From: Lepidodermella squamata | Lineage: Eukaryota > Animalia > Gastrotricha | Assembly: GCA_047495785.1 (NCBI GenBank) | Contig: JBLDXI010000042.1 | Coordinates: 3,162,001-3,226,000, forward strand | Direction: 5' to 3' | Length of the DNA stretch: 64,000 nt | In this document: positions 38,667 through 50,400 of the stretch, one piece after another | How positions within the stretch are numbered: the first letter of the stretch is position 1 | How the letters are laid out: each line of letters opens with the position of its first letter | The notes under the pieces: model-generated | Databases searched by the model: none | What the model was told of the DNA's origin: nothing | What the model saw: the letters and a program-made list of their open reading frames with translations, nothing else | Made by a program: the position numbers and the translations under genes

Positions 38667-40927
38667 TCAATGACACGCCTGTTCTTCGTGAGTCGATATG
38701 TCGAAACTACTATGGTATGGGCTGGTGGAGTCGAGCTTTTGCAGCCGTCTCTCCAGTGAGGCTTGAGCCTGCAGGCGGAAGAATACACCGTAGCCGAGCG
38801 TGAGTCCAGTCACGATTGAGATGAATAGATACCCGTTCAGAGTCATAACTATCAACATGAGGAAATAGCCGAGGGTGATTTGCAGCGCGTAGATGAGGCT
38901 CATCAGGCATGTGTAGAGCAGAACTGGCGAAAGCGAAATGCAAAACCGATGAAAGATGATGAGTTGGTATTCCCCATTCGAAAATTGCCGATTCATTTTC
39001 CTATTTTACGAAGACGAAAATAGTTGAATTTTCAGCAATGAACACCAATGGGTGTTGTGACATGAACGCCCCGGACATTATCGCCCCGACGTTATCGCCC
39101 CGACATTAACGCGAGACGTCATTTTAGTCCAATGGAAATTATTTTACAGGGCGACAATAACGCCATAAATTTTTCAGCCCATTTTATAAATGTTCACTTT
39201 CCGCCCAGGACATTTCCGCCGGATGCAACGACAATACAGCTGGCGACAAATCCGCCCCATTTAGTTTATTATATACTTATGCTTAGTCATCATCATTTCA
39301 GTAGATTATAGACGAAGAAGAATTGAAACGAAAAGAAATTGGCTATATAGCCAAAACGTTAACACTTTAACTGCCAAAAATAGACTGCGAGATCCGATAT
39401 TTTGATCCAAAAGAACCGCCGGGTCATGGTCTACATTTTGCTGTCAGGCATTCTGCTCTACGATGCATTGTTGACCCGAAAAAAGGACTTTTCGACAGAC
39501 CCAGGATTTGGATCCAAATATCGGATTTCGCAGTTTTTTTGGCAGTTAAAGTGTTAATCATCACAAGAATCAATTAACTAGAAATATCAGAAGAATATAT
39601 GGCAAAAAAGAATAATGCCAGGGTTGAAACTGTCATTCCGTGTTTCCTGGTGATCCTGGTGATTAAAATTATTCAAGCGTCGTCCGCGTCGTCCATATCT
39701 TCGGACAGTACAATTTTTCATTTTCTTATTATTTTTAAAAACTATTAAAATAATTTCCCGCCTCTTTTCAGCCCGCTGGGCGGAAGGTTCAATTTTGAAA
39801 ATGATCTGACAAATTATTCGGCGTAAATGTCATTTTGCTAACTTGTCGGGGCGAAAACGTCGGGGCGGAAACGTCGGGGCGTTAATATACCGGGCGATCA
39901 TGTCATAGGACCCACCAATGACTACATTGTAGAATTTTAACAAATAATTTCTTCCCCTCCAGCTGTCTGGAAAATTCATGATTCATATGGATGGTATCTC
40001 TTCAGCTACAGTGCGTCCCATTCTGTAATTTTGCAATTTTTTTAGAAAGTTGAACTAATTTTTTGAAATTAAGTCCAATGGGGGAGTCTTCCATCCGTTA
40101 TGCACGATTGTACCGAAGAAATGTACCGGAGAAAACCCTGAAAACCCCGATAGGTAAAAAAGGAAAATTACCGAACCAGCTACCGGTTGGATCTAATTTC
40201 GTCGGATTTTTTAATTCCTTTCACAAGAATATACTTGATTACTATTCTCATGGCATAGATTTTTCTGAGATTTTTCTCTTGCCGTGAGATATGACTTCCC
40301 CTCTCATTTTAGGGTTTCTGATCGCTTTTCCGTGCATTTCCTTTGTTTGCGTTACTTATGGGACACGCTGATGTACTTGAAACCACTCTATTACTAATCC
40401 CGCCATTATCTTTTTGACCTATATAATGAATCTCAGTGGCTTCAGAAAGAATTTCGTAATGATACCCTTTCCTTTGGTTAACCAAGCGAGATTTCGAAAA
40501 GCATCGCCTTACAAAATTATTTCAATGGTTTCAACATACCTTCTCAACTGATTTTGCAGGTATTTAATCGCTTCGAACGCAATGCCCATAATAAATACGC
40601 CGATTACCGCAACAATCAATTCTAAAATACAATGGGGAGAAATTATACGGCATTTAAACTGGTGAGAGATCAAAAAACCTGACGAAGTGCTGATAGTCCA
40701 TTGCGGGAATAGGACAGTCAGCTGAGAGAAATCAAAGTTGAAACCGGGATGAGACTGAAAATGTACCAGGAAAATCACAGTAACAGTCAATAAACACGAA
40801 ATTTTTCGGGTCAGCGAAAATTTCATCTGCTAACAAAATTTACCTTATGCCAAGCAATAGGCGCTAGATTTTCGCTGCAGTTGCAGCTACTTGAAGACAC
40901 CGTCGGATGATTGCTGTTGTGATCCAT
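38667..40927 (-). CDS. Ctr/SLC31 copper transporter paralog A (Met-poor N-terminus), 4 exons
   Basis: MDHNSNHP...CNC...AWHK|SHPGFNFDFSQLTVLFPQWTIS|...VFIMGIAFEAIKYL|...LQITLGYFLMLIVMTLNGYLFISIVTGLTLGYGVF...QACH, with MxxxM and GxxxG motifs. Confidence 0.88.
39051..39912. mobile_element. Non-autonomous DNA transposon with 8-bp TSD and GG...CC termini (Merlin- or MULE-like), in the CTR-A intron
   Basis: Perfect TSD CACCAATG at 39043-39050 and 39913-39920. Imperfect TIRs GGT.TGACATGA.CGCCC with subterminal CGCCCCGAC repeats on both arms. Confidence 0.85.
39363..39553. mobile_element. piggyBac-type MITE nested in the 39051-39912 element
   Basis: TTAA on both sides; about 50-bp TIRs CACTTTAACTGCCAAAAA..ACTGCGA.ATCCGATATTT.GATCCAAA. 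Confidence 0.85.
40009..40370. mobile_element. Tc1/mariner-type MITE (degenerate)
   Basis: TA-CAGTGCGTCCCAT...ATGGGACACGCTG termini; the right TSD is imperfect. Confidence 0.6.
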
Positions 40928-41652
40928 GATAATATTACTATTAAGAGCAGCAGTAAATACAACACTATTCCCGTGTGATATGGATTGGTTTTCCCTCTTG
41001 TGCAACCAACATGCAATGATGGTCACAATAGTGAATGCAGCATCAATTCATGCATTATTTATTCACATGCGAAAAATACCGTGGTAGGACAGCTGATTTC
41101 GTTCATTAGGTATGCATGAAGCAGCAGCACATGTTTACTACGCAAAAAATTTCTGTGCGATCAGTTGTATTCCCACGAAGAATTCCGGCAATAATAGTGG
41201 CTTTACACTATTAATTTTGAAGGCACAAAAAACCGCGGTTAAAAACCGACAAATAAAGCCAGTAATATCTAACTTGAAAAGCACACTTCAAAATGGCTCC
41301 GAATTTCATCAGTGAAAGCTACATAATTAGGTTTCACTCGCTAGTTTCCGCTCATTGATTTTTCCGGCTCAAGGACCTTGAGGTTCTCTTTCCTCTTGAG
41401 ATATAGTGTGAAAATAACATGCTAGAAACTGCATTCGTCGTATTTTATTCAAGTAGATTTGCCATAGAAAACTTGTTTCTTAAATCAAATTTAAATTTAA
41501 ATTACGTATAAAAGGGATTCGATTCGATTTTTCATCATATTGTATTCGCAATTTAGTAATGAAAAGTTGAATTGTCATGATACACGTTGAAGTTACACGT
41601 ATTCGAAGAAGAAGAAAATTGAACAGATCAGCTCAGAGTATTAGTCATGACT

Positions 41653-42326
41653 TTACGAGCAACAAGCATCGCCTAAACTGCCGACTCCGATCGAGTGTTG
41701 ATAGCTAAGCTGTGTTTGAATGCCGAAGAAAAGCGTGTAGCCTGCAGTTAGACCGCCGATGACAGCCAGGAAGAAGTAAGTGTTGTACGACATGACGATC
41801 AGCATTACAAAATAACCAATCGTGGCTTGCACCGCGTAGAGTAGAATTAGCGCCAGGAATGAAAGGATGGCCATAAGGCGACTGTGGCCTGAACTGCCGT
41901 CTAAATACTGTAAGTCTTGGTTGGAAGTGCCGATTGAGCTGTCCAATGGAGCTGTCGAGTATGTACGCTTCGACAGGGTTAGTCGCTTATAGCTGAGCCG
42001 AATTCGCAAAAATTTGATAGCTTCGTAGGAAAAAGCCATCAGAAAAACAGCGACAAGACTGCCACCAAAAACTACAACGTCCAATTATTGTTTGCATTCA
42101 AGGTCCAAAAAACGATCCTTACCTGAACCCGAAGTCATTTCCCAAGGTTTGAAAAGCAGTATTAGCTTTTCATATTCGTTCGAAAAGTACATCTATGTAT
42201 GAAAAAGCCGAATAGAATTTGAAGAAAGACAGTTGTTCAAAATATTACGGGCATCATCATCATCATTGTGCTGTTGCAAGTACAGTTCATGTCCATGTTC
42301 ATTCCCAAGGCGCGATCCATATTCAT
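41653..42326 (-). CDS. Ctr/SLC31 copper transporter paralog B (canonical Met-rich), 3 exons
   Basis: MNMDRALGMNMDMNCTCNSTMMMMP|MYFSNEYEKLILLFKPWEM|...VFLMAFSYEAIKFLR...VQATIGYFVMLIVMSYNTYFFLAVIGGLTAGYTLF...DACCS. Confidence 0.93.
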
Positions 42327-42562
42327 CGGACTTATTAAAAACCTATTTTGGAGAAAATCAAAGCATGATTTTACGAAATGGTCAAATAAAAACCGGAGAT
42401 GAGTAAATGGGGAAAGCAGAGCAAAAACGCAGCAGTAAGAGATAGGTTATCAAGATAACGTTCGAAAAAGATAGATAAGATACGTAGATGAATGAAGCGA
42501 ACGTACGAAGAGCATAGAATAAGATTAGCCTTAAGCTGTTGATTGTATTGGACAGTCAAATA

Positions 42563-43009
42563 CCGTATTTTACGAATTATAAGACCCTGCCCTGTATTTT
42601 TTTCAAACGAGGTTCAAGTCCTGTCCTGTATTTAGGGTCTGCCCTCTATTTCGGCTCTGCCCTTTATTTTTTCGAACCTAATCAGTCACCTGAAGAGTAC
42701 CTAGATCAACAGTCAAAACCGCCGAATAACCACTCTAGCTACTGGCTTTTACCTGTGACTACACGGGTTAAGTGTTTGCTCAAGAGGATTAAGGTGGATA
42801 AAGGGCGATTTGTGCACTCCCTGACGAAAAATCTCAACCTATCCAACTCTAACCACTCACCCAGCAGGTGCTCATGTAAGCCACTTCATACAAGGCCCTG
42901 CCTATTAATACGGTTCTGCCCTTTATTGTTTCAAATGACCATTACCCTCTGCCCTTTATTCCGGTTCTGCCCTATAATTGGGTCCTGCCTAATAATTCGT
43001 AAAATACGG
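42563..43009. mobile_element. Tc2/pogo-like MITE
   Basis: TA-CCGTATTTTACGAATTAT...ATAATTCGTAAAATACGG-TA perfect TIRs; internal repeated CTGCCCT.TATT units. Confidence 0.88.
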
Positions 43010-43519
43010 TAGGTGTGGGAACTAGAAAAAATGAGTCGAGTAATTGCAAATGGATGTAACATGGAGCTGCGAAATCAATGTGCACATGGGATTTATATAG
43101 CCAATTGATAACCTAGTAGAATCTTTCAATCGACGGTTGTAAAATGAAAGTTAGTCGTAGATTGCACGGTTTACTTGAAATTGAAATTGAGAAAAGCCGT
43201 ACCACTAGCTTCAAAAGAATGACTGCTAGATATTGCATAGGAAAAATCACCAACTGCTGTTTAAATTCTTTGACCTATCTCCAAAACCTCAAGTCAAATA
43301 GGAACAGCAGTTATTTACAAACGGTGAAGCCGTAATGCATGCAATTCCGCTGATTACCAATTATACAGAAGTATGTTCGTTTCATGGGAAAGAGGATGGA
43401 TACCGTCAACTGTGGTGAATTTGGCAGTGGGGTGACTTTGGCGAATCTCAAATCGTGGTGAATCTCGAAGGTAGCAAGGTTGATACCCCTAGAGTGGGGT
43501 ACCGTTGAATAGCCGGCAT

Positions 43520-44110
43520 TGAAGACAGCAAAGGATAACATTTCTACTATAGACGAAAAATTAAGCCATGGTTTTCCGACATTCCGTCACATTCAGCAGC
43601 AACCCGTAGCCTTTCTCAATCCAACACCTTCCAAATATCAATCGTCCTCGGTCATGTTCGCGTTTTGCTTCAAACTGTTCATAGCATTAGAGCATGGGTT
43701 ATTGGGCCAGAGTAAGAGTGGGTTTAGGAAGCGTATACTTATCTCAGATATCACCAGATCACCTGCTGAATTCCGAACTGCGCTTGATATTTCCGTTGCG
43801 GTGTGGCTTTGATAGCTGATTGCGTCGGGATATCTGATGCCGATCAGTCCCTCGTCATTTGTTTCCGATGCGCACCCAGGCCATCTTAAAACGGGCCGAA
43901 ATCATTGAATGCAAGGGTGACTAAATGGATAGTGGACCCTGTCATAATTACTTGTGATGTCCTATAAGACATTTGCTAAAATAATTCCAACGACTCAGCA
44001 ATGGACGTCTTTATACCCAACAATAATAGTTATATTACTCCTGCGTGCCATGGATCACATTAGCATCGTCTTGTGTAGTGTGCCAGGCTTCTTAGCTGCC
44101 AATGTCCGAT
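43520..44110 (+). mobile_element. Probable highly decayed non-LTR retrotransposon reverse-transcriptase fragment
   Basis: In order: QPVAFLNPTPSK (like YRPISLL...SK), LEHGLLGQSKSGFRKR (like LE..LL...QSGFR) and QQWTSLYPTII (like PQGS.LSP.LF). Interrupted by stops. Confidence 0.4.
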
Positions 44111-44283
44111 TTGGGGAGCCCCGTCGAGTTCACTTTTCAATCCAACTCCCGAAAGAAAAAATAGCTATGCTGACGAAAACAGCTGATTGACTTGATCACG
44201 CGCCAATTCTTCAACAATATTATTACATAATATTAACATTAATATAAACTTATATATAAATTACTTTTGCATATTTTAATTTT

Positions 44284-44297
44284 GTTGCTATGGACGC
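44284..44297. promoter_or_regulatory. RFX X-box-like motif upstream of AGBL2/3
   Basis: GTTGCTATGGACGC right after an AT-rich tract of about 70 nt, about 130 nt upstream of the ATG. Confidence 0.6.
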
Positions 44298-44428
44298 GGT
44301 GTGCGTTGCCCTTTTGGCACCTCTCCGAGGCCGCACTGAAGTCGATTGTAATGGGAAACTAAGTGTCCGTCTTCGGTGGTTTCGCTGTGCTCAGATGTAT
44401 TCAATGTGAGGCAAATTGGCAGAAAAAT

Positions 44429-47400
44429 ATGCAAGGGCGTTTGCTTAAGCCGATTGGCGAAGCTGAATCACGCGGCAACAATGCTACAGCTGCGACGACT
44501 GACACCGTCTTTCGGGTTAGTTCCGGTTTATAATGGATGTCCCATATTTTATAGAATGCTTCCAGGATCCATACGATTCCTTCATGCAAAAGCATTTGTC
44601 TTACTACGGATACTTTAGTGGTATGCATATTTGTGTCAGAACAGGGGAAATGTTGATTGAAAAGGTTCATTATCAGGAATAAATGATTATTATCGCCGTA
44701 ACTATTCATATGACTGGGCAAAGCACACCGGGAAAAAGCTTGAGAGCGATAGTTCAAGTGATTCTTCTGATGACGAATGTATGATTCTTTGTTTGTACCT
44801 AAATTTTGACTGTCGCGTAACCTGTTTTATACCTTCAGATGAAGGTGTGGATCGAAATAATCTTTACTCTTACCAAGACGGTCGCCTCATTCCTCGTCTG
44901 CGCGAAGCCAAAGATTTGTCAACAATTGCGTCCTCTTCTTTGCCACTTCAAGAAGAGAAAGCTAGATGGTTAGTCGAAGCAGTTCATAGTGTTCCGTTGA
45001 ACATATTTGCTTTTCAGGCCAATTGGTATGGAGTGCGTTCGCGAAAAGATACATCACCTTGTTACTGATGCTAGTCGGATTGAACTTTTATATACACCAA
45101 GTAATACATTCTTTGACAGCTTTTCTTTTAATTTTTATGCGCTGAACAGCTGGAATGGAAGCGGCACCTATGGTCACAAATGAAGAAAACGCTAGAATCG
45201 TTTATCAATACAAACCAATAGTCGGATTATACTTTGCTCGATCAATCGAGGGTGCTCGAGAACCATCAGAAGGCTGTGCTGTTCCGCTAAGTGGTCCAGA
45301 TGACACCACATTGATATTTGAGTCTAGATTCGAAAGTGGAAACCTTCAAAAAGTAGTTCAAGTGTATGTTGGAGTATCATTATATACAAGTTGGGCCCTA
45401 ACATTTTTTCTTGATCCTCAGATCCGAATTCGAATACCAGCTTTACCTTCGATACGACTTGTATACGGATAAGCATACTCAATGGTACTACTTTAGAGTT
45501 TCTAATACTCGAGTTGGCCCCACTTACCGTTTTACAATCGTGAATCTCTTGAAGTCGAAGAGCTTATACCAAATGGGCATGAGGCCTTTAGTGTACAGCG
45601 AGCGTGAGGCATCACAGCGATCAATCGGTTGGCATAGAACTGGCAGTGATATCAAATACTTTCGAAACAACCTAAAGTAAACAAATACTTGCTGTACTAC
45701 CGGATGGCTTATTTGGCTTTCATTATAGGTACAAAGTTCAGGGAAAGGACGACCGTTACTTTTATTCCCTAACGTTCACTTGTCAATTTCAACATTCCCG
45801 CGACACTTGTTACTTTGCTCATTGTTTTCCGTATACCTACACCATGCTGCAAGATTACCTATTGAAGCTTTCAAAAGATCCCGAGAAATCTAAAATTTGC
45901 AAACAACGCGAGCTTTGCCGCACTCTTGCCGGAAATGTGGTATATTGCCTAACCATAACATCCCATGTCTCGAATCCCAAGGAAAATGACGTAAGTAATC
46001 AGCAATTTTGTTCAATTTTTATTGACACCGAGTTCCATTATTTTAGTTTAAAAAAGCGGTAGTTTTGACTGCGCGAGTTCATCCTGGAGAAACGAATGCA
46101 TCATGGATGATGCACGGTTTTCTCGATTTCTTGACTAGCGATGACCCTGATGCTAAGCTACTGCGCGAAGCTTTCATTTTTAAACTGGTGCCCGTAAGCT
46201 TATAGATATTTGTTTTCTGGCTTATTGCTATTATGAATTCAAATTTGCGTCTCAGATGTTGAACCCTGACGGAGTAATAGTTGGAAATTATCGGTGCTCT
46301 CTAGCTGGACGTGACCTCAATCGTAACTACAAAACAGGTGCGAATCAATCAAATTCTGTGATATATAATATGCTCTAAATAATTAATATCTCAGCTCTGC
46401 GGGATTCGTACCCATCGGTTTTCTACACAAAAGAGCTCATTACTCGTTTGATAGCCGATAATCGGAATGTTGTCGCTTACTTCGATTTGCACGGACACTC
46501 CCGAAAGCAAAACGTGTTCATGTACGGGTGCGAAAACCGCCACGACCCATCGCTGTTCCTAAAAGAACGAATCCTCGTTTTTATGATGAGCCTAACATCA
46601 CCGGATAAAATTCACTTCCCTTCGTGCAAATTCAAAGTTCAAAAATACAAAGAAGGAACGGGAAGAATAGTTATGTGGTCTCATGGCCTGATAAATTCTT
46701 TCACCCTCGAAGCTTCGCTTTGCGGAACGACTTTAACGTTGCCAGCTAGGCATTTCAGCCAGCAGGACTATCAAGAGATTGCCTCTCAATTTTGCGACGC
46801 TTTGTTGGACTATTGCGACCCGGATCCGACTAAATACATTACAGCTTTCACGGAAGTTGAACGCCGAGTTCGGGCGCAATTACTAGCTGCTCTGGGTCGA
46901 AATCAGACCGCAAGCCGAGAAGATCAAGGCTTGAACCCGAAACCGTCGACATCTTCATCGTCGCTGAGCGACGTTTTCTCGAACAGCGCAAATGGTGGCT
47001 TTGATCCTAACAACATGCTGACAGAATTGATGGCTGATTCACTGCTACTTGACGATGGCGGCGATTCAAGGTAAAAAACAACAGACAAAATGGGTATTTA
47101 TAGGCAGATCCTATAGATATCGCCGTGACTTTTAGCGTGTGGAAACGGCATGCGTTACCACTTCTAAATTCCATTCATCTTTTCATTTCTCTTTAATTAA
47201 TATTTTTTATCATCACCCACACATTTTTCATTTTAGAGGTATTCGCTGTATGAGAGTACCTCGTTTACATCTGATAGCTGAAAGGTTTGTAAAATATTTG
47301 AAGAGTGGTGTTTTGACTGGGCAACGTCGTATTATAGACGCCTCTTTGCTTTGGTATTTTAATTTTCGAAAAATGACAAAAAATTGGGGTAAATGGCTGA

Positions 47401-50400
47401 ATTTTACCTCGGAGTTGTGATAAATTTCCAAACGTGTTGTTTTGAATATTATGAAATTTTGACATGAAAAATTAACTAAATTTAATTTTCTATTTCAGCG
47501 ATGATGATTCTGACAGCTCGGTGTCTGATGGCCCGCCAGTTAATTCGCGGTATGTGCCCAAGCGTGTGGATGATGGGACGAAAAAACGGAAAAAGAAGAG
47601 CAAAAGTGACATGAAGAAAAAGCCAACTCAAAGGACTCGCGCCGAGTCAGAACCAGCCCCTGCTCCACCACCCGATCCACCAACCTCAGAACCACCAAAA
47701 CCCCGAAAAACCAGGGCTGTAATCGTCAGTAGCTCTACAGCGGTTACAAGCGGTTCTTCTAAGGTGAAAATTGAACTTATATGCTGAAATAATTAATTTT
47801 AATTGGGCTAATTTGGTTCGAAATGGTTGTATTTAATCAGCCATTTGCGCTTAAAATATCGCGCGAAGCCGAACGTAGTAACGGCGCCCCAGTGGCGTCC
47901 AATTACTACAACGTTAGGCTGCGATTTCATGAACATAGCGCACCTGCAGCAGGTAGAAGAGGCCTTCAAACGCCAACTTGTAGCGTTGTTTGTAACTCGG
48001 GCAACGCGACTGATGTGAGTTGAAGATCCGAAAGTCAAACCCCAATAACGTTTAAAAATGCATGACAGACGTCAAAAATTTTCTTTCTTAGTATACCTCG
48101 CCGTCAATATGTTTTCAGCCTGTATAATATTGTAGAGCCCTAGATAGAAAAACGAGCTTTATTGGGTTCAATCTTGGCTGTAATTTTTATCGAAATTTTC
48201 ATGATGGAAATTTGTGACTTAATTTCAGACTGCGAAAGAATCGAGTCCACCGAAAGATCAGCCGGCTACAATTCGATTCGATAGCCGCACAGGAGCTGGT
48301 TTCCCTATTTTCACCGAAGAACGATCTGTCGAAAGATTGATGAAAAAAGTAGGTGATCGCATCGTTTTCGGACTGATTAATTATTAATTCCCGATCTAAG
48401 TTTAGTTTTGAAATTGCTCGATTTTATTGATTGATTGATGTCTACTATTTTCTTGTGTTGTTTCATTGTTTTAAAAATAACAGCCTGCTATGAAATTACC
48501 GTTCAACATGACCCAAGCCGAATTTTATGACGCCGGTATGGTTGCTAAAAAAGATGCTAGTATAATTTTGGACAGCAACAACGGTGGTTCCGCTTTTCCA
48601 GTGGTACCGCTGTTGGTTGAGGCGAGGCCTGAATCGCTATTGGCCGATATGAAGCTAGATGTTGTTAAAATTCACCTATACGACCGCTGCTCGTCACCGT
48701 CACCATCCGTTGGCTCGCAATCAGTCACTCACATGCGTATAACCCCGTCGAAATGTTAATGTGACCAAAAATAGCCCCCCCCTGAAATTTCGTTCTAGAC
48801 ACCCCCATTATGCCGGCCCCCTTGAAATTTACAGCAGACAATTCGATATAGCTTTTAGCTGTTATTTATTCACGCATCAGGGTGAATTAAAAATAACTGT
48901 GACATTGATTAAACATTGATAACCAGAGAAAGGAATCGATAATACTGAATTTTCAAATTTTTTCATAATGGTTTTTCAAAACCCTGCCATCTCAGAATCT
49001 TGAGGTTCTAGGATCTCATCTTTAAACCAGGGAGAGTCAGAACACGTGAGAATGAGCTCACAAAATCGCGTAAAGGCTATCCTGCTGTTATGGAGTCAAT
49101 TTTGAAAAATTAATAATAGAAAAATCTTATAATGGCGTCTATAAAAATTCATTTTTTGCACCTAAATATTGGATACTCATTAAACCCTTTCACGGCCGAA
49201 TTTTTTTCACCCAAGCAAAAAATCGAATTTTTGAATTTTGAAGAAAATGAAAAAATTAGTCGGAAAATCGAGAACCGTATGCCAAACTAGGCTTTTGGAT
49301 GCATAGTTCGCATCAGGTTCTGATTTCACTGGAAATTTCATAGTTTTTTGAATATAGATTCATACGGATGAATTCATAGGATTCGTCAGCCAGGTTACCG
49401 TTTTGCCAGTTTTACATGAAAAGTCATAAAAACAGAATAGGTAGTCAATGGGACCGTGCCGGACACGGCTGTCAAGTCAGATCTAGCCGAAAAAAATTCT
49501 GAGATGCCTATTTCCTCGATTGAAAAAAAATAAAAAAAACCCTTGGTTTGAAATTTTGAAATCGATCGCTTTGCGAGAAGCAACATGTTAATAAAATTAG
49601 GGTTTCAGATTTTTATAGGCAACATACAAGAGTAGTACTGTACCAACGGATACAAAAAATTCGAAAAATGTGAATATGTAAAGTCAGAATTGCGAAATCG
49701 TCCTTATGGCTATGAAAGGGTTAATTATAGTATTTTCAGCTTTTTTGAGCTTCTCTCTGGGGTTCTGGTTCTCTCTGGTTAGAAGAGCAATTCCTAAAAC
49801 CCTAAAACCGAAAAAAATTCCAATTTTAGCTTTGAAAAATTCTAATATTAAGTAATCAAATTAGAAAATCAGTGATGTTTGTGATTTCTGAAGTATGCAT
49901 TGATACAACTATTGAAAATTATCCTTGGATACTAAGGGTCAGAAAATAACTCGCAAAATTTGATCAATGAATTGATCGGAGAATTTGGTGTAAAACGGAG
50001 CTGGATACCAATTTGATTGACATCTTCAATTTCAAACCCTATCAAAATTAGAGATCCTCCCTAGATGTTAAATTGACAGTCCCAATATTATAGAAATTTC
50101 TGAGTTCCGGCGTTATTCAGTTTGTTGAGTCACCCTAGCCTTTATAGTACCCAAGATTCCCTGGAATATCGATGATTGAACGGCGCTTCTTATATTAATT
50201 TTGCCTAAATAGTCCGGATTTAAGTTAAGACGCCCAACTGAGTTTTTTTATTTTTGCGTTGAAACAGGGCGCGATATGTTACTTGGAGGCGGTTACCGAC
50301 GAGCTTCTGAAGAAGCGAATGCTGATGGGCCGCAACGTTCGGCGTCGCGCGGGCTCGCAGCCGCCGCCACCAGCCGACGCCCCTCTGCCGCCGGCGGAGT

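Noticed and set aside
42539-43012. 157-aa ORF on the + strand
   Set aside because: It coincides exactly with the Tc2/pogo-like MITE and its internal repeats, and has no transposase motifs.
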